Assembly (NCBI GenBank): GCA_965603825.1
Contig: CBFDEM010000005.1
Location: forward strand, 806,001 to 870,000
DNA length: 64,000 bases
From: Blepharisma stoltei ATCC 30299
Lineage: Eukaryota > Protista > Ciliophora
Direction: 5' to 3'
Every line of letters starts with the position of its first letter. Within the stretch, counting starts at the first letter, position 1. Below the pieces are notes generated by a model, which had not been told where the DNA came from, made no database searches, and saw nothing but the letters and a program-made list of their open reading frames with translations. The position numbers were made by a program, and so were the translations under genes. Positions 33,717 to 46,065 of this stretch are shown here, piece after piece.

Positions 33717-34541
33717 ATGAACGTTCAGGCCGCAGGTACCGCAGGAGCAGGTGTCGCCCTATTAGGTGCTCTGGGTGTCTTTATATATAACTCACTTTTC
33801 ACAGTAGATGCAGGACATCGTGCAATAATGTACAATCGTATTTCAGGCATCAATGACAAAAAGATTTACATAGAAGGCACCCATTTCAAGCTTATCTTTT
33901 TCGACCGTCCAATTATCTACGATGTCCGCACACATCCTCGCATCATTAGTTCCTTGACTGGGACAAAAGATCTGCAAATGGCCAACGTTTCTCTTAGAGT
34001 TCTTTCTAGACCTAACGTAGAAGCTTTGCCTACAGTCTACAGAACTCTTGGAAAAAACTATGATGAAAGAGTCCTCCCCAGTATTGTTAACGAAATCCTC
34101 AAATCAGTCGTCGCCCAGTTCAACGCCACTCAACTATTAACTCAAAGAGAACAAGTTTCCAGAATGATAAGACAAAATCTCATCACTAGAGCCAGTGACT
34201 TTAACATTGTTGTCGACGATGTCTCCATCACCCACTTGTCCTTTGGAAAAGAATTCACTGAAGCTATTGAAGCCAAACAAGTCGCAGCCCAGCAGGCAGA
34301 AATGGCAAAATACGTTGTGTTGCAAGCAGAACAAGAAAAATTAGGCATGATTATTAAGGCAGAAGGAGAAGCCAAAAGTGCAGAACTTATTGGGTCTGCA
34401 ATTGCCGCAAACCCTGCTTATATCAGACTGAAGAAAATTGAGACGGCTACTGATATTGCCAATACGCTTTCACAGTCGAGAAATAGAGTATTGCTAAGTT
34501 CGGAAAGTCTTTTAATGAATCTTAAAGATCTTTTGAACTAG
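33717..34541 (+). CDS. PHB2: Prohibitin 2
   Basis: VDAGHRAIMYNR, GTKDLQM, YDERVLPSIVNE, LLTQREQVS, AIEAKQVAAQ. Confidence 0.93.
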   Translation: MNVQAAGTAGAGVALLGALGVFIYNSLFTVDAGHRAIMYNRISGINDKKIYIEGTHFKLIFFDRPIIYDVRTHPRIISSLTGTKDLQMANVSLRVLSRPNVEALPTVYRTLGKNYDERVLPSIVNEILKSVVAQFNATQLLTQREQVSRMIRQNLITRASDFNIVVDDVSITHLSFGKEFTEAIEAKQVAAQQAEMAKYVVLQAEQEKLGMIIKAEGEAKSAELIGSAIAANPAYIRLKKIETATDIANTLSQSRNRVLLSSESLLMNLKDLLN

Positions 34542-34587
34542 AGACTTTTAATAAGGCTAAAGGCTATTTTATAGAGTCTATAAGGTA

Positions 34588-36687
34588 TTAGATTATTATG
34601 CATTTTCCACAGCCGGCATTGGAACGGATTTCTGGTTTTGGCTGCTTTTGGGAGATAGGACGATGTGGCTTTATTTTGTTCATATCAGTTATGACTTCAG
34701 GGCTCTGGGGGATTACAATTTCTTTTTTTTCTTCATGCTGACGTTTAGGGGTTTGTTGAGATGTCTCTTGCGGTTTTTGGACTGGTTCAATATTAGCTCC
34801 TACAGAATCCGTGAAAACAATTTTAGGTGGCGGCTTTTTGGACTTGACTTTCTGCTGTTTATGGTGTTGGACTTGTGGAGCTGGCTCGAGCTCTTCAACT
34901 GTTTCAGTTTCCTCATAAATATTTTCGTGTATTGGAGGATTTTGAGTTTGAGATATGGAAGAGACTTGAACTGGAGTTTGCGAAGAAGCTTGAGATTGCT
35001 TTTCTTGTATTTTTGATATATTTGAAAAAACGGCATTTAAATGCTTTGGATTTCCTGCCCCAGATATATCAAGGTCATAAAATCCTGGCTCAGGAGGTTT
35101 CTCGTATTTTGGCGTTGATTCTTTTGTAGGTTCGGGCTCTTTATTCGGCTCGAAATTTTGGGATTCTTCTTGGAAGCTTGTTTCATTGATTTGGAATATA
35201 TTTTGAGTTCTTGTATCGGGTTCAATGGCTATCTGAGCATGGTTTGCTTCTCTTTCAATTATAGCATTTTCAGCAGAAAATGGGCATTCTTCTGGTTTTA
35301 TTTCCTCTGAAATGCCTTGTTCAGCATTATTAATCTCTGGATTTTCTATTAAGACTGGCTCAATATTCTTTTTTAGTTCTATTTTAATTGAACACTCGTT
35401 GTGTTTTTCATAAAATAGTGGCTGGATATTTCTTTTCCTATTAATTTCAATCGCAAACTCTTTACTTTTTTCTAAAAAGAAAGGTGATGCTACTGTTTTA
35501 TCTTCCAATTTTATTGCAATTTCTTCGATTTTTTCATAAAATAATGGCTGATTTCTGATTTTTGGTTTTATTTCAACTATATTTTCTCAATTTTTTTCAT
35601 ATAATAAAGGCGAAATTCTTTTTTTGGGCTTAACATGATTTTCATATTCAATGCTTTTTTCAATAAATAAAGGATGGGATTTTTCTTTTAATTTGCAGTC
35701 ATAGCAAGTTTCTTTAGACTTTTCTATAGATAATGGCTGAATTATTTGCTTTGATTTAGGACTGAAGATGTCTTCTCTAATTACTTCATATTCCAATAAT
35801 GGAATTTTTGGAAATTTTAGAGCCTCTATTGTATCATCTGCAACTTTTTCATAAAATAGCGGCTCAGTAATTAATTTTGTCTCAGCAAAAATTGAAGTTT
35901 TCTCTATTATATCATAGAATAACGGTTCAATTCTACAGTATTGAGCACATTTTAACGGCTCAAGCAAAACACTATTGTAAAATAATGGCTCTATAATGCA
36001 CTGAGAGCTAACTGAAAATTTTTGTTCTGACAGAATTTCAGCTGAAAATAGAAGGGTTTGAAGCCTTTTTTCAATTTCAATGATTTTTTCCTCTTCTTTG
36101 GAAATTTCTAGCAGATCAATAGGAGATTTTTTTTCAATGATAAATTCTTCTTTAGATATAATTTGTATTTGAGTTTCAGATTGAACTTCAGCTTCCATTT
36201 TTTGCTGAATAGAATTTTCTGAGGATATTATTATTTCTTCAGCTTTTTCTAGATTCTCGCTTTCGGATTTTTTCTCTTCATTATTCGGTATTTGATTATT
36301 TTCTTTATCTTCTTTGCCTGAAAAATTTTCTTCTGTTTCTTGACTAGTTTTATGGAAATCTTCATCTATTTCATCAATTTTTTCCCTTTTATCTACTGTT
36401 GCATCAATTAGTTTGGTTTGTTCAGTCTCAATTTCTGTCTCTCCATGAATAACTTCTGATATATCTTTTTGAGTAATAATTTCACTCCCTATGAACACTT
36501 TTTCTTCTCCACTATCTTTTGATTCTTCCATCTCTATATGCATTTCCTCAGTATTTTTATCTGATAAATCCATGCTTTCTTTTGTATCCAAAGCTTCAAC
36601 TGGAGAATTCTCACTGGTCAGGTCTTCTTTTGAAGGCTCACTTTGGATCTTAGTCCCATCCGAGATATCCAAATTTTGTCCTTCCAT
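34588..36687 (-). CDS. Acidic repeat protein with C-terminal CaaX-like motif (CGKCIII)
   Basis: Two track ORFs fuse through TGA (35587-35589); central ~21-aa PLFYEK repeats. Confidence 0.8.
35340..36000 (-). repeat. About 10-11 degenerate ~21-aa coding repeats (I.PLFYEK..E..I)
   Basis: EPLFYN, EPLFYD, EPLFYEK, QPLSIEK, HPLFIEK, SPLLYEK, QPLFYEK, SPFFLEK, QPLFYEK at roughly 63-nt spacing. Confidence 0.8.
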
Positions 36688-36817
36688 AATGATCTTGTAT
36701 TTCCAAATATGCTTAGCAAAATTAAATTTAGATCAGTGTAACAATAAATATTAATTTCTCATAAATATATATTGGAAATAAACAACTTATAAATACCTTC
36801 ACTAATTTTTTCTAATA

Positions 36818-38107
36818 ATGGCAAACATCACATTGCATGACTTTCTTGATCTAAAATTTCCTCTCAGCCAAGAAGAAATAAGAGAAATCAGTCAAAAATC
36901 CCAAAAATTGTCTCCTGTAGAAAGAAAAGAGCTTTTCAGCCAATTAAAAGACAAAACTAAATTTCCTTCATGAAATCATGAACAGTTAGACCAGCTCACA
37001 TCTTTGCTTTCAGCTGACAGTTCCTCACAAGAAAACTCATGCTTTTTGCCTGATAAGGATTATAACCAAAACATGAGCGCTAGAAGCACCATCAACTCTC
37101 TAGACGAAAATATCATAAAATCATTGAACTTGTCCCCACTCCGCCATAATAAAGCGCTATCAGAAGAAATTTCGATGTCTCCAGGGCGCTTTACAAGCCC
37201 TAGGTTGTCAAGTTACATAAGCAATTATTTAAACTCTGAATCAGCTTTGATTTATGATCCTCTAGAATTATCAGAAAAATTGACATTTTTAACGCATTAT
37301 GTAGAGAAACAAAAATATAAGTTTTTTATTTTGTGGAAACTTAAGGCAGCAAAAGGAAAACTTATAGAAAAAATTAAAAAATTTGGGAATATTTTAAATC
37401 GGGCCAAGCTGGGATTGCAGCATGCTTATGTAATTTGGAAAGCTAAAACAAAAGCACCGAACTTGTCTACAATTATTAATGATATCTACAGAGCCGGAAA
37501 AATTTTATCAAATTTCCCTTTGAAAATGATGGGAGATAGCTTTACAAAGCTGAAATTCTACGATCCAAAGAAAACGAGAAATGCTATTAAAAATTTCATT
37601 TTTTTTAGCTCAAACAGGCTTAGATTAGCTATAAATACATGGAAAAGTTTTACAAAAGAAAATAAACACCAATCAAGAAATATTAAATCAATTGCGATTT
37701 TAAGGCTTATGGCTTATTATAAATACTGCCAGAGACACTATTCCAGCACCGTTATGAATAAATGGAAAAAGGTTTTTGCTAAAAAGAAATACGAAGGTCT
37801 GTTTTTATATAATTCAATATTCAATATAAACAGAAAATTATACAAGCCCTGCTTTGAATTGATAAAAAACTATAAGAAAAAACAGCCAGAAATTAAAACT
37901 TGTGTATTAAATGGCAGTTTCAGCTTAGAAAAAATAAAGAGTGAAGCTGGGCTTGAAAATTATAGTGTTGTCCGTGTCAGAAAAATATTATCAAAAAAAC
38001 GTAAACCAAGTATAAGAAAAGGAGATCTTTTATTCTTCAGCCTTCTCTTTAATAATCTCAAAGCAAAGCAGCACCGACAAGTTTTTAAACTTTTTCAGCG
38101 TTTATAA
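36818..38107 (+). CDS. Basic helical protein with spaced W-K motifs (Sfi1-repeat-like)
   Basis: ATG at 36818, one TGA=W. Motifs FILWK, YVIWK, INTWK, MNKWK. Confidence 0.6.
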
Positions 38108-38156
38108 AATGTCCTAAAAATTAATGATTTTAGAGTAATTCTTAATAAAAAACAAT

Positions 38157-38732
38157 ATGAACATTTTCGCGTCGACAAGCACATCTATAAGTGCTGGGAA
38201 TTCTACGGACGGGGTCGGGAATAATTCCATAACTCGGCATTCTCCTTATTCTCCACTTCCTGTTTACAACAACCAAACCAGTTATGGATCGACTTACAAT
38301 AATGATAATGGCTCATTTTATCTGAGAAAAATGTATCAATCCACATCAACTTTTCCTCAGAAAGCATTTTCAACAAGCCCTGTGAAACCTCCCAAAATAA
38401 TTGATAAAACTTTTAAAAGAATTGCTGATCAAATAACTGAACAGTCATCAAAAGTGAATTCAATAGCTCCAAGGCAATTAAATAATCCTTTAAGCTTCTG
38501 TGATGACTTTTTTGTCGCTCCAGCTGTTTCGAGGACTCCAAATCCTACCTCAAAAACTAGCCCAAATAATCAAGTTTGGCTTGAAAAAAGAAACAAAAAT
38601 CAAATGAGTCAAAAATTTTTACGAGGAGATTATATCCCCTCAGTGAATCAAATGCATTTATATGGAAGAAGAGAAAGACCGTCGCGCTTTGAAAGTATTG
38701 GATTATGGATTTCGAGAAATAAAATTAGTTAA
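38157..38732 (+). CDS. Hypothetical low-complexity S/P/N-rich protein
   Basis: Open ATG-TAA frame. Confidence 0.6.
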   Translation: MNIFASTSTSISAGNSTDGVGNNSITRHSPYSPLPVYNNQTSYGSTYNNDNGSFYLRKMYQSTSTFPQKAFSTSPVKPPKIIDKTFKRIADQITEQSSKVNSIAPRQLNNPLSFCDDFFVAPAVSRTPNPTSKTSPNNQVWLEKRNKNQMSQKFLRGDYIPSVNQMHLYGRRERPSRFESIGLWISRNKIS

Positions 38733-38741
38733 AATATTGAA

Positions 38742-39104
38742 TTAAACTGTTAACTTTGAAAAATTCGCTTCAAGTGGCTCGATGGCTTGTCTTGGTTTTT
38801 CATTGAAAATTAATTTTACAATATCACGAGCTATTGTTTTCTTGACAAAAGAAAAAAATATTCCTCCTGATGTTCGATTTCTAGAGCCATTTAAAGTGGG
38901 GACACCTCCTTCTGTTTGAAGTGCGATAACTTTCTTAGTTGTGGATATCACGAACTCTCCACCGAGAATTGTAGTAATTCTTGAAATTAGGTTCACAGCT
39001 GGCTCTCCAAGTAAGCATGCAATAGCTACTGCAAGATTTGGGTCTTCAGGTCTTAAATTTTCTATATTACATAAATTGATATCTGACATTTTAAATATAT
39101 GCAT
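38742..39104 (-). CDS. Small hypothetical protein (alternative start 39089)
   Basis: Open frame with coding-like composition. Confidence 0.55.
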   Translation of the reverse strand: MHIFKMSDINLCNIENLRPEDPNLAVAIACLLGEPAVNLISRITTILGGEFVISTTKKVIALQTEGGVPTLNGSRNRTSGGIFFSFVKKTIARDIVKLIFNEKPRQAIEPLEANFSKLTV

Positions 39105-39282
39105 AATTAAAATAATTTTACAACGAGCAGACTCAATTATAGAGTTTTATTTTTTTATTATTAAATTTATACCCTTCCTTTAATAATCATAATGAACTTT
39201 CTTTCTTTAGAAAATATAAAAAGACGTAAAACTTCTTGGCAGACATATACTAATGTGCTTTGTTTAATTAAGTTTAAAAAAT

Positions 39283-41049
39283 ATGTTTTCAACAGGCAGT
39301 TACCAGCCTTTTCCAACTAGAAGTAATTGCTAAGCAGAGGATCTTATGTATCTTTCTACCATAACTCCTGAAGATGTACCTCCCAAGAAAAAGCACTGGG
39401 GAAGCACCAGCTTGACTTCTCTCGTTACAGACGACATCGAAGGTGCAAAGCCAGCTCTAAAAGGCTACCAATACGTTAACAAGCCTGATTTTGCATATAC
39501 AGCGCACGACATCGAAAAAGCGCAGCCTTCCAAACTCCATCAAGCCTTAAATAAGCCAAATTTTAACCTCAATACTAAAGATATTTTTAAAGCTTACCCA
39601 AACAAAGCAGAATTCGTGACAAACAGGATAGGCCACAACCCCCTGATGCCTGTTTATAAGCTGCCTAGTTTTGAAACTAGGCCAATAACTCCTCCCAAAT
39701 TTGTCAGAGATTCTATACAGATTACTGATATTGATGGGACAAAGCCTGAGGCTTATTTTAAATGGCAAACCAGAAACTCTATGAATATCACAGATATTGA
39801 TGGAGCAAGGCCAAAACCTGACAAAAAGCCAAAGAAGCCAAATTTTATGGACCCAAGGGATATAAATAAAGGTGATGTGGTGGAATATGGCAGAAATACA
39901 AACCCATTGATGCCTCAGTATTCGGTGAGGGATTATGAAGGAAAACTAGTCACCATTGGAGAAGTTGAAGGAAGCAAGCCAAAAGTCTTGATAAACAAAA
40001 GCACAAGTCCACATCAGAGGCATTTAAATACTCAGGATATTGATGGAGCTGTCCCTGGAACTGTAGGGCTAGGCCCGATAGGGAAAAAAGACAGAAATGA
40101 GTATAGGCAAACCACAAATACCCAGGACATATTAGGAGCTCAAGCTGGAACCTTGAAAAAAGGGATCACCACATTGAGAAGTACACACCCCCTCGACCCT
40201 AGCTATAAATGGGTAACTGAAGACGAAACCTTGCGAAATGGCCAACTTACCAACTATACTGTCGACCATACAAAATACTGGGGATACGCAGAAACCCCAA
40301 GACGCGAAGACCAGCTTTCCAGACAAAGCACCCTCCCGCCTCCTACAGGTCTTTCAAAAGACTCCGAATTCAAAGTAAATGCCCGCAAATTCTACGCCAA
40401 TGACGAAGATGACCCAAATATAGGTTTTTCAAAAAATGCTGAAAAATTTTATAGTAGCTCGCCTAACCTAAAAGCTGGGAATATCTTTTTAAATGCAATT
40501 AATCCAGGGTCCATCAATAGAGCTAGGCCAAAATTCAATGAAATTGATGCAGAAACCCAAAGTTTTCAAAAAAATATTGACCAGTTCCATGGGGTTTCCC
40601 CATCACCGCCTAAATCTGAAGATGGAGGAAGCGAGGATAAACCTTTGGACCCTGAGTTTGAGTATGCAGCGAGCAAATTCCATAATGTAAAAGCAACTCC
40701 TAACACAAATGAAAGGGTTTTTCAAAAGGACGCTTCCAAGTTCTATGAGCCTATGACAGGTCCTGCTGCTTATCAGTTCAATTTGGCCAGAAAAGATATA
40801 GGAAGACCTGGAAAGCCACCACAAAATCCATTGGATACCGTTTATAAGAAAAATATTGCGAAGTTTTATGGGATGACCCCACCTGGCAGCGTAGATTCAA
40901 GAAATCAAGGACAAAATGTTGAGAAAAATTCACCCAGAAGTATAGATGGGAAGAGCTATAATGCTGAATCAAGAAATTCAGTCAGAAGCCACGATTCGAG
41001 AAACCCTGAAGTGAAAAATGCTGATTCGAGGTCTCAAATTAGCCAATAA
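39283..41049 (+). CDS. DI(E/D)GA.P-repeat protein; 15-nt intron 39323-39337
   Basis: Repeats DIEGAKP, DIEKAQP, DIDGTKP, DIDGARP, EVEGSKP, DIDGAVP, DILGAQA interleaved with NPL.P.Y. C-terminal N..KFY repeats. Confidence 0.8.
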
Positions 41050-41522
41050 TTATTAATTATAATGATTAGATCTCTATTTCGATATAATTGAAAAATATTT
41101 TTGACTCAATAATACTAGAATTTCTTATATAGAGCCATTCATATAAATTTTGGCAGTTAGCTTATAATTCGAGCATGATTCCTCCATGATTTTATCATTT
41201 TAGTTTCCATTTAATGATCTATTTTCTTAACTCCTCAAGATATTGCTTCACAAGCCATGAAGTTTACAATTTGTGCTACGCACAGTATTACATTTTATTT
41301 TTAATTTTTTCGCCTTAACTATAATTTAAATTTTAAATATCCCTAATGAGAGAGCATGCTCTCGTGCTATATTTTCCCAAAAATCTTCTCGTGTAAATCC
41401 ATTGTTGCATTTTAAGCTTAAAATCACATGTTAAACAGCTTTAAATAAAATCGTCAAAAATAATAATATAACCTGCTTTTTATAATAATATTCAGTACTT
41501 TCAAAAATCGATTTTTTAAAAA

Positions 41523-42869
41523 ATGGGAAACAAAGTATGAGAGCCTCAAGTGCAAACAAACCAAAAAAAGAAGCACCCAAAGCTGATTTTCTGCCAAGGC
41601 TTCAACAAGCATAATGAATGTGGGGGTGAAGACGGATATGTCACCCGAGAAAGAGTCGCTACCTCAGTTTCAGCAGGCTTTAACCACAATCTCGCTATTT
41701 TAGCCAGTGGACAATTAGTCTCATGGGGCTCAAATGAATTCGGACAGCTTGGCAGCCAAGGAAACACATGGCTTGAATCTTGAATTTATGAGCCTCCAAA
41801 GGTCCAGACTATTTATTTCCCTCGGCAATTTGGAAAAATTTCCATTTCACAAATTTCTGCTGGTGCTTGGCACTCTGCATGTATTTCCAATACTGGAATT
41901 TTATTTACATGGGGACTCGGAACTAGTGGCCAATTAGGCTATCCAGCTAACCCTGACGATTTTGTTAGAGCTCCTGGGACTTCTCACAAGTTTTGCCCTA
42001 ATCCTAAATCTGTGGACTATTTTACCAATCATCCAATTTATTATGTTTCCTGTGGTAGCACTTTTACAGTGGTTTTAAGCCGAGGACGAGAAGTTTTTAT
42101 ATTTGGAGACGGAAGCCATGGGGTGTTCGGAAATGGCAAAAAAGGCAAAAAATGGGAGCCGCAGCTCATTGAGGCGTTAATTGGAAAAGAAATCCGAAAA
42201 ATCGCATGTGGGTGGAACCACGTGCTGGCGCTTTCGATGACTGGAAAAGTTTACTATTGGGGAAACCAATATGCTGATATGAGGGAAAATTTCCCAGATA
42301 CTGAAATTCCAGAGTTGGTCCCAGGCTTGGAAGATAATTTTATTACTGATATAGCATGTGGTGATTACCATTCTGCTGCCTTGTCAAGAAGAAACCCCAA
42401 TGCACTCTTCACGTGGGGAGGGAATGGGTATGGCCAATTAGGCTATGTTATAGAAGATGAGGACCCTTATATCAATTTTATCCCAAAAAGGGTCGAAATT
42501 TACCACGAAATTTCCTCAATAAGCTGTGGAGGGTTATTTATGGTCGCAAAATTGAGGGATGGGACAGTTTTAGGCTGGGGAAGCAATAAGCATCGCCAAT
42601 TCGGGAAAAATGGGCAAGAATTTTATCAGCCGCTTGTGCTCTTTGATGGGTCGGTAAATAAGATATCAAGAGTTATGGCTGGGCACTCACATATAGCAGT
42701 CTTATGCAAAAAAGAAATTATATTTGGGGAATTTTTAGCTCCAGGAAAAGAAGCGTTTTCACCTGCAGAAACTGAAGCGTCTATTCCAACTGGTAGAGAA
42801 GAGCATAAAGAAAGCCAATTCTTAATGTATAAAGAATATGAAGCGATAAGGTACCACAAAGAGACTTAA
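41523..42869 (+). CDS. RCC1-repeat beta-propeller protein
   Basis: VSAGFNH, WGSNEFGQLG, IACGWNH, IACGDYH, WGGNGYGQLG. MGNK start; fused through TGA. Confidence 0.9.
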
Positions 42870-43093
42870 TTTTATTTACTCTAAATAAAATGACTATGAA
42901 AAAATTACTATTAATCTAAATACTGATATTTCGGTTTAAAACACTATATTATCTTGCCATTTATTATAAGGGAAATTCTAAATGGCAATCAATTTTGCAG
43001 GGGATCTTTTCATAAGCACCCTTCAAAAAGGGGTAAAGAATTATAAAATCATCTAGGGTCACACATATAATTATAGAAAAATATAATCAGAAA

Positions 43094-44590
43094 ATGGAAG
43101 CTGAAATCTGTGAAATCTGGTAAAAAATAAGCAGTCACAAAGAAGTTCCTACACTATCGATGACAATGCACAGAGCTCATTGTGAGAGAAATACAATGAG
43201 ATGCCTCAAATGCAACGAGCTCATATCTAAGCTCGCACAAGAAGAGCATGATCTTCTCTATCACCAGATTAAAGAATGCTCTCAGTGCTATGCTCGAATG
43301 GAAGCAAGATATTTTGAAAAGCACGAATGCCCCAAAGCTCCAAGTTACTGCCCATATTGCGAAGCTACTTATCCATTAGATCTTTTTCAGCCTCATATCC
43401 AAGCGTGTGGGAGCAGGTCTGAGGAATGTGAAAAATGCAATAGGTTTATTTTATTAAAACACTTTAAAAGCCATCAAGATAGTTGTGGCAAGGAAGATAG
43501 TGAGAAAAATATTAAGGCGAAAGACTTACAAAGAGAAATTATGAGGGAAAAAGAAGAGAGAAAATTTGTAGAGCCTATTCAAATAAGCCGTGAAGAAGCT
43601 AGAACAAAATTGGATGCTGAAAATGCAGAAAAAGAACTTAAAGCAAAACAATATCAAGAACTCCAAAAACAAATTATAAGGGAAGGGAAAGAGAAAAAAA
43701 TTATAGAGCCTAAAATAAGTCGTGAAGAAGCCAAAGCCAAACTTGATGCTGAAAATGCTGAAAAAGAGCTTAAGGCAAGACAATATCGAGATCTACAAAA
43801 TCAAATAGAAGCGGAAAGAAGCAAAAAAATGCAGCTTGATAATGATAGAATTAAGGCTGAGCCACGAAGACCAGAGAATATATTGCCAAATCAAGAACCT
43901 AAAAATAGATTTGCAACATATGAACTTCCGCCTCCTAGCAAGAAAAAAGAGCCGCCAATATACCAAGGCTCTCACCAGCAGTTTCCAAGAAACTTAGAAC
44001 CAATAAATCAGCCTCAAATATTTCCTCGTTTCTCAGAGCCAATTAATCAGCCTCAATTCATTCCCCATCGCTCAGATCCAATCTATCAGCCTCAATTTGT
44101 TCCGAACACTTCAGAAGATGAAAGAATTGCGAGGGAGCTAGCTCAGCGATTGGAAAGAGAAGCTAAAGAAAATATAGATAGAATAATTGCTGAAGGACTA
44201 TTAAGGGATGAGCAAGAAAGTTACCAAGGATATGGACCTATAATTGATGATAGCGATATATTAGCAAAAAAACTTTTGGCTAAGGAAGATGAAAGATTGG
44301 CTAAACAACTTTTGGCTGAGGAAGACGAAAAACTGGCTAAAGCACTTTTGGCAAAAGAAGATGAAAGATTGGCTCGCCAGCTAGCTGGAAATGGGAGGAT
44401 CCCATCAGATCGTTCTCCAAATGTTCTAGATTATGCTAATTTTACGAATGAACAAGATTATAATTATTTTGGAAACTCTATACAACAAAATATTTATCCT
44501 TATAAACAGCGGCAAAATATACAGCAAGGAGATTTGACTGAAGAAGAACTATTAAAAATTGCAATGCTTGAAAGCTTAAACCACAAGTAA
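43094..44590 (+). CDS. TRAF-type Zn-finger protein (TRAFD1/XAF1-like) with MIU/UIM-like motifs; 15-nt intron 43120-43134
   Basis: CEIC|HKEV..MHRAHCERN..C..C; repeated DERLAK.L; terminal EEELLKIAMLESL. Confidence 0.85.
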
Positions 44591-44807
44591 CAATATAATT
44601 TTTTTAAAACGCGCTATTTTCATATAATGATAACAAAGACTTAATTGCTGTCTATTTCTAATGAGAAGCAAAAGCGTCCAAATTTCAAATAGGCGGATAT
44701 ATAATTTAAAAAAATCACAATAATTCTTTATAATCCACTATTATTTTCTCAGTAAATTAATAAAAATCTATAAATAATTCAAGCAGATATAGAATTTAAA
44801 GCAGCTA

Positions 44808-45362
44808 TTAATTAGTCACTTCTTCCACTATAGCTGGTGCTTCCACACACTCCAAGCTGTTTCTCACACAATGGTTGAAATGTTTTGCATCATCAAAAGC
44901 TTTCTTAAACTCCTGTGATTTTTCAGGTGTTCCAAGTCTCATAGCGAATTTTGTCCTTTGTCTTTCTCCTTCACTGAAATCGTGGGCAATCCACAACCAA
45001 GCTCTGTCACTTCCAGCATGCTGCACGAGATTACATAGGGGATCTTCTTCTAATATAAAATTCGCAACCACTTTTTTAGTGTTATCCTGTCTCATTACGA
45101 AGCTGATCCTTCTTGTTTCTCTATTACGATTCAGCTTAACATCGCCTGTGCCTCTTTCTTTCCATTGTTCTTCAGCCCATCTGTATAGTTTGGCTCGGGT
45201 TTTGAAGATACAGTCTGTGTTCTCTTCTCCAGTGACAACTTCCACTTCAGGCAAGTCCACAGCTTTCCAGTCTCCTTTGACTTCTTCTTCAGGATTCTCC
45301 ACTTCTTCGGCCGGATCCTCCTCTTTTTTGCTAGCCAAGAAAGCTGATACGTCTTCACTCAT
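44808..45362 (-). CDS. RANBP1: Ran-binding protein 1
   Basis: EVVTGEE..RAKLYRW...WKERGTGDVK..GSDRAWLW..DFSE. Confidence 0.93.
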   Translation of the reverse strand: MSEDVSAFLASKKEEDPAEEVENPEEEVKGDWKAVDLPEVEVVTGEENTDCIFKTRAKLYRWAEEQWKERGTGDVKLNRNRETRRISFVMRQDNTKKVVANFILEEDPLCNLVQHAGSDRAWLWIAHDFSEGERQRTKFAMRLGTPEKSQEFKKAFDDAKHFNHCVRNSLECVEAPAIVEEVTN

Positions 45363-45381
45363 TTTTTATCACAAATAAAAT

Positions 45382-46041
45382 ATGTTAGTGAAAAGGATAA
45401 ATAGGGCAATCAGCAGGGCTGAGCTATTGAAAGCTAGCAAAGAAAGGGATTTATCTCAGATGAAGGTACTAGAAGGTTTTTTAACAAAAACCCAAAAAAG
45501 AAGAATAAATGTCCTCGCTGATATAATAGAAGACATGACTAAAAATGAGCAAGCTACTCTATGGAAAACCCTAAATGAAAAAATGCAAAACTCTTTTGGA
45601 AAGGACCCCAAGCTGTTCAATGATTTCCGCCCAACAGGTGACAAGTGGGCAAACCTTCCTCCACAAGTCTCAGATATGTTTCAGCAGATAGGCGTACAAG
45701 GGTGTTTTCCCAATGGCTTAATCGAATTATTCGTACAAGGAAAAATGGGTGGTTTAAGCGCAGGTGGAGCACCTCAAAAAGAAAAAGTGGAAGAAAAGCA
45801 AGAAGTTGTAGTCGAAAAGACGAATTTTGATGTACTAATCAAAGGATTTTCTGCTGATGGCAAGCTGAAAATTATTAAAGAAGTTAAAAACTTGTTAGCA
45901 ATTGGTCTGAAAGATGCGAAAGATAGAGTAGAAGCTTCAGTTACGACGCCACTAATGATAGGTAAACAATTACCTAAAGAGCAAGCTGAGCAGCTGGAAA
46001 AGCAGTATAAAGAATTGGGAGCCGAAATTGAGTTGAAATAA
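45382..46041 (+). CDS. MRPL12: Mitochondrial ribosomal protein L7/L12
   Basis: EKTNFDV..KLKIIKEVK..IGLKDAKDRVE..LGAEIELK, with a basic presequence-like N-terminus. Confidence 0.88.
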   Translation: MLVKRINRAISRAELLKASKERDLSQMKVLEGFLTKTQKRRINVLADIIEDMTKNEQATLWKTLNEKMQNSFGKDPKLFNDFRPTGDKWANLPPQVSDMFQQIGVQGCFPNGLIELFVQGKMGGLSAGGAPQKEKVEEKQEVVVEKTNFDVLIKGFSADGKLKIIKEVKNLLAIGLKDAKDRVEASVTTPLMIGKQLPKEQAEQLEKQYKELGAEIELK

Positions 46042-46065
46042 GCTAACAAATTTTAACAAAATTAT

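Noticed and set aside
44875-45378. 167-aa plus-strand ORF, and similar F/S/L-rich antisense ORFs (e.g. 57034-57528, 60969-61388, 20246-20548, 54105-54482)
   Set aside because: Shadow frames opposite E/K-rich or conserved genes, with no independent motifs.
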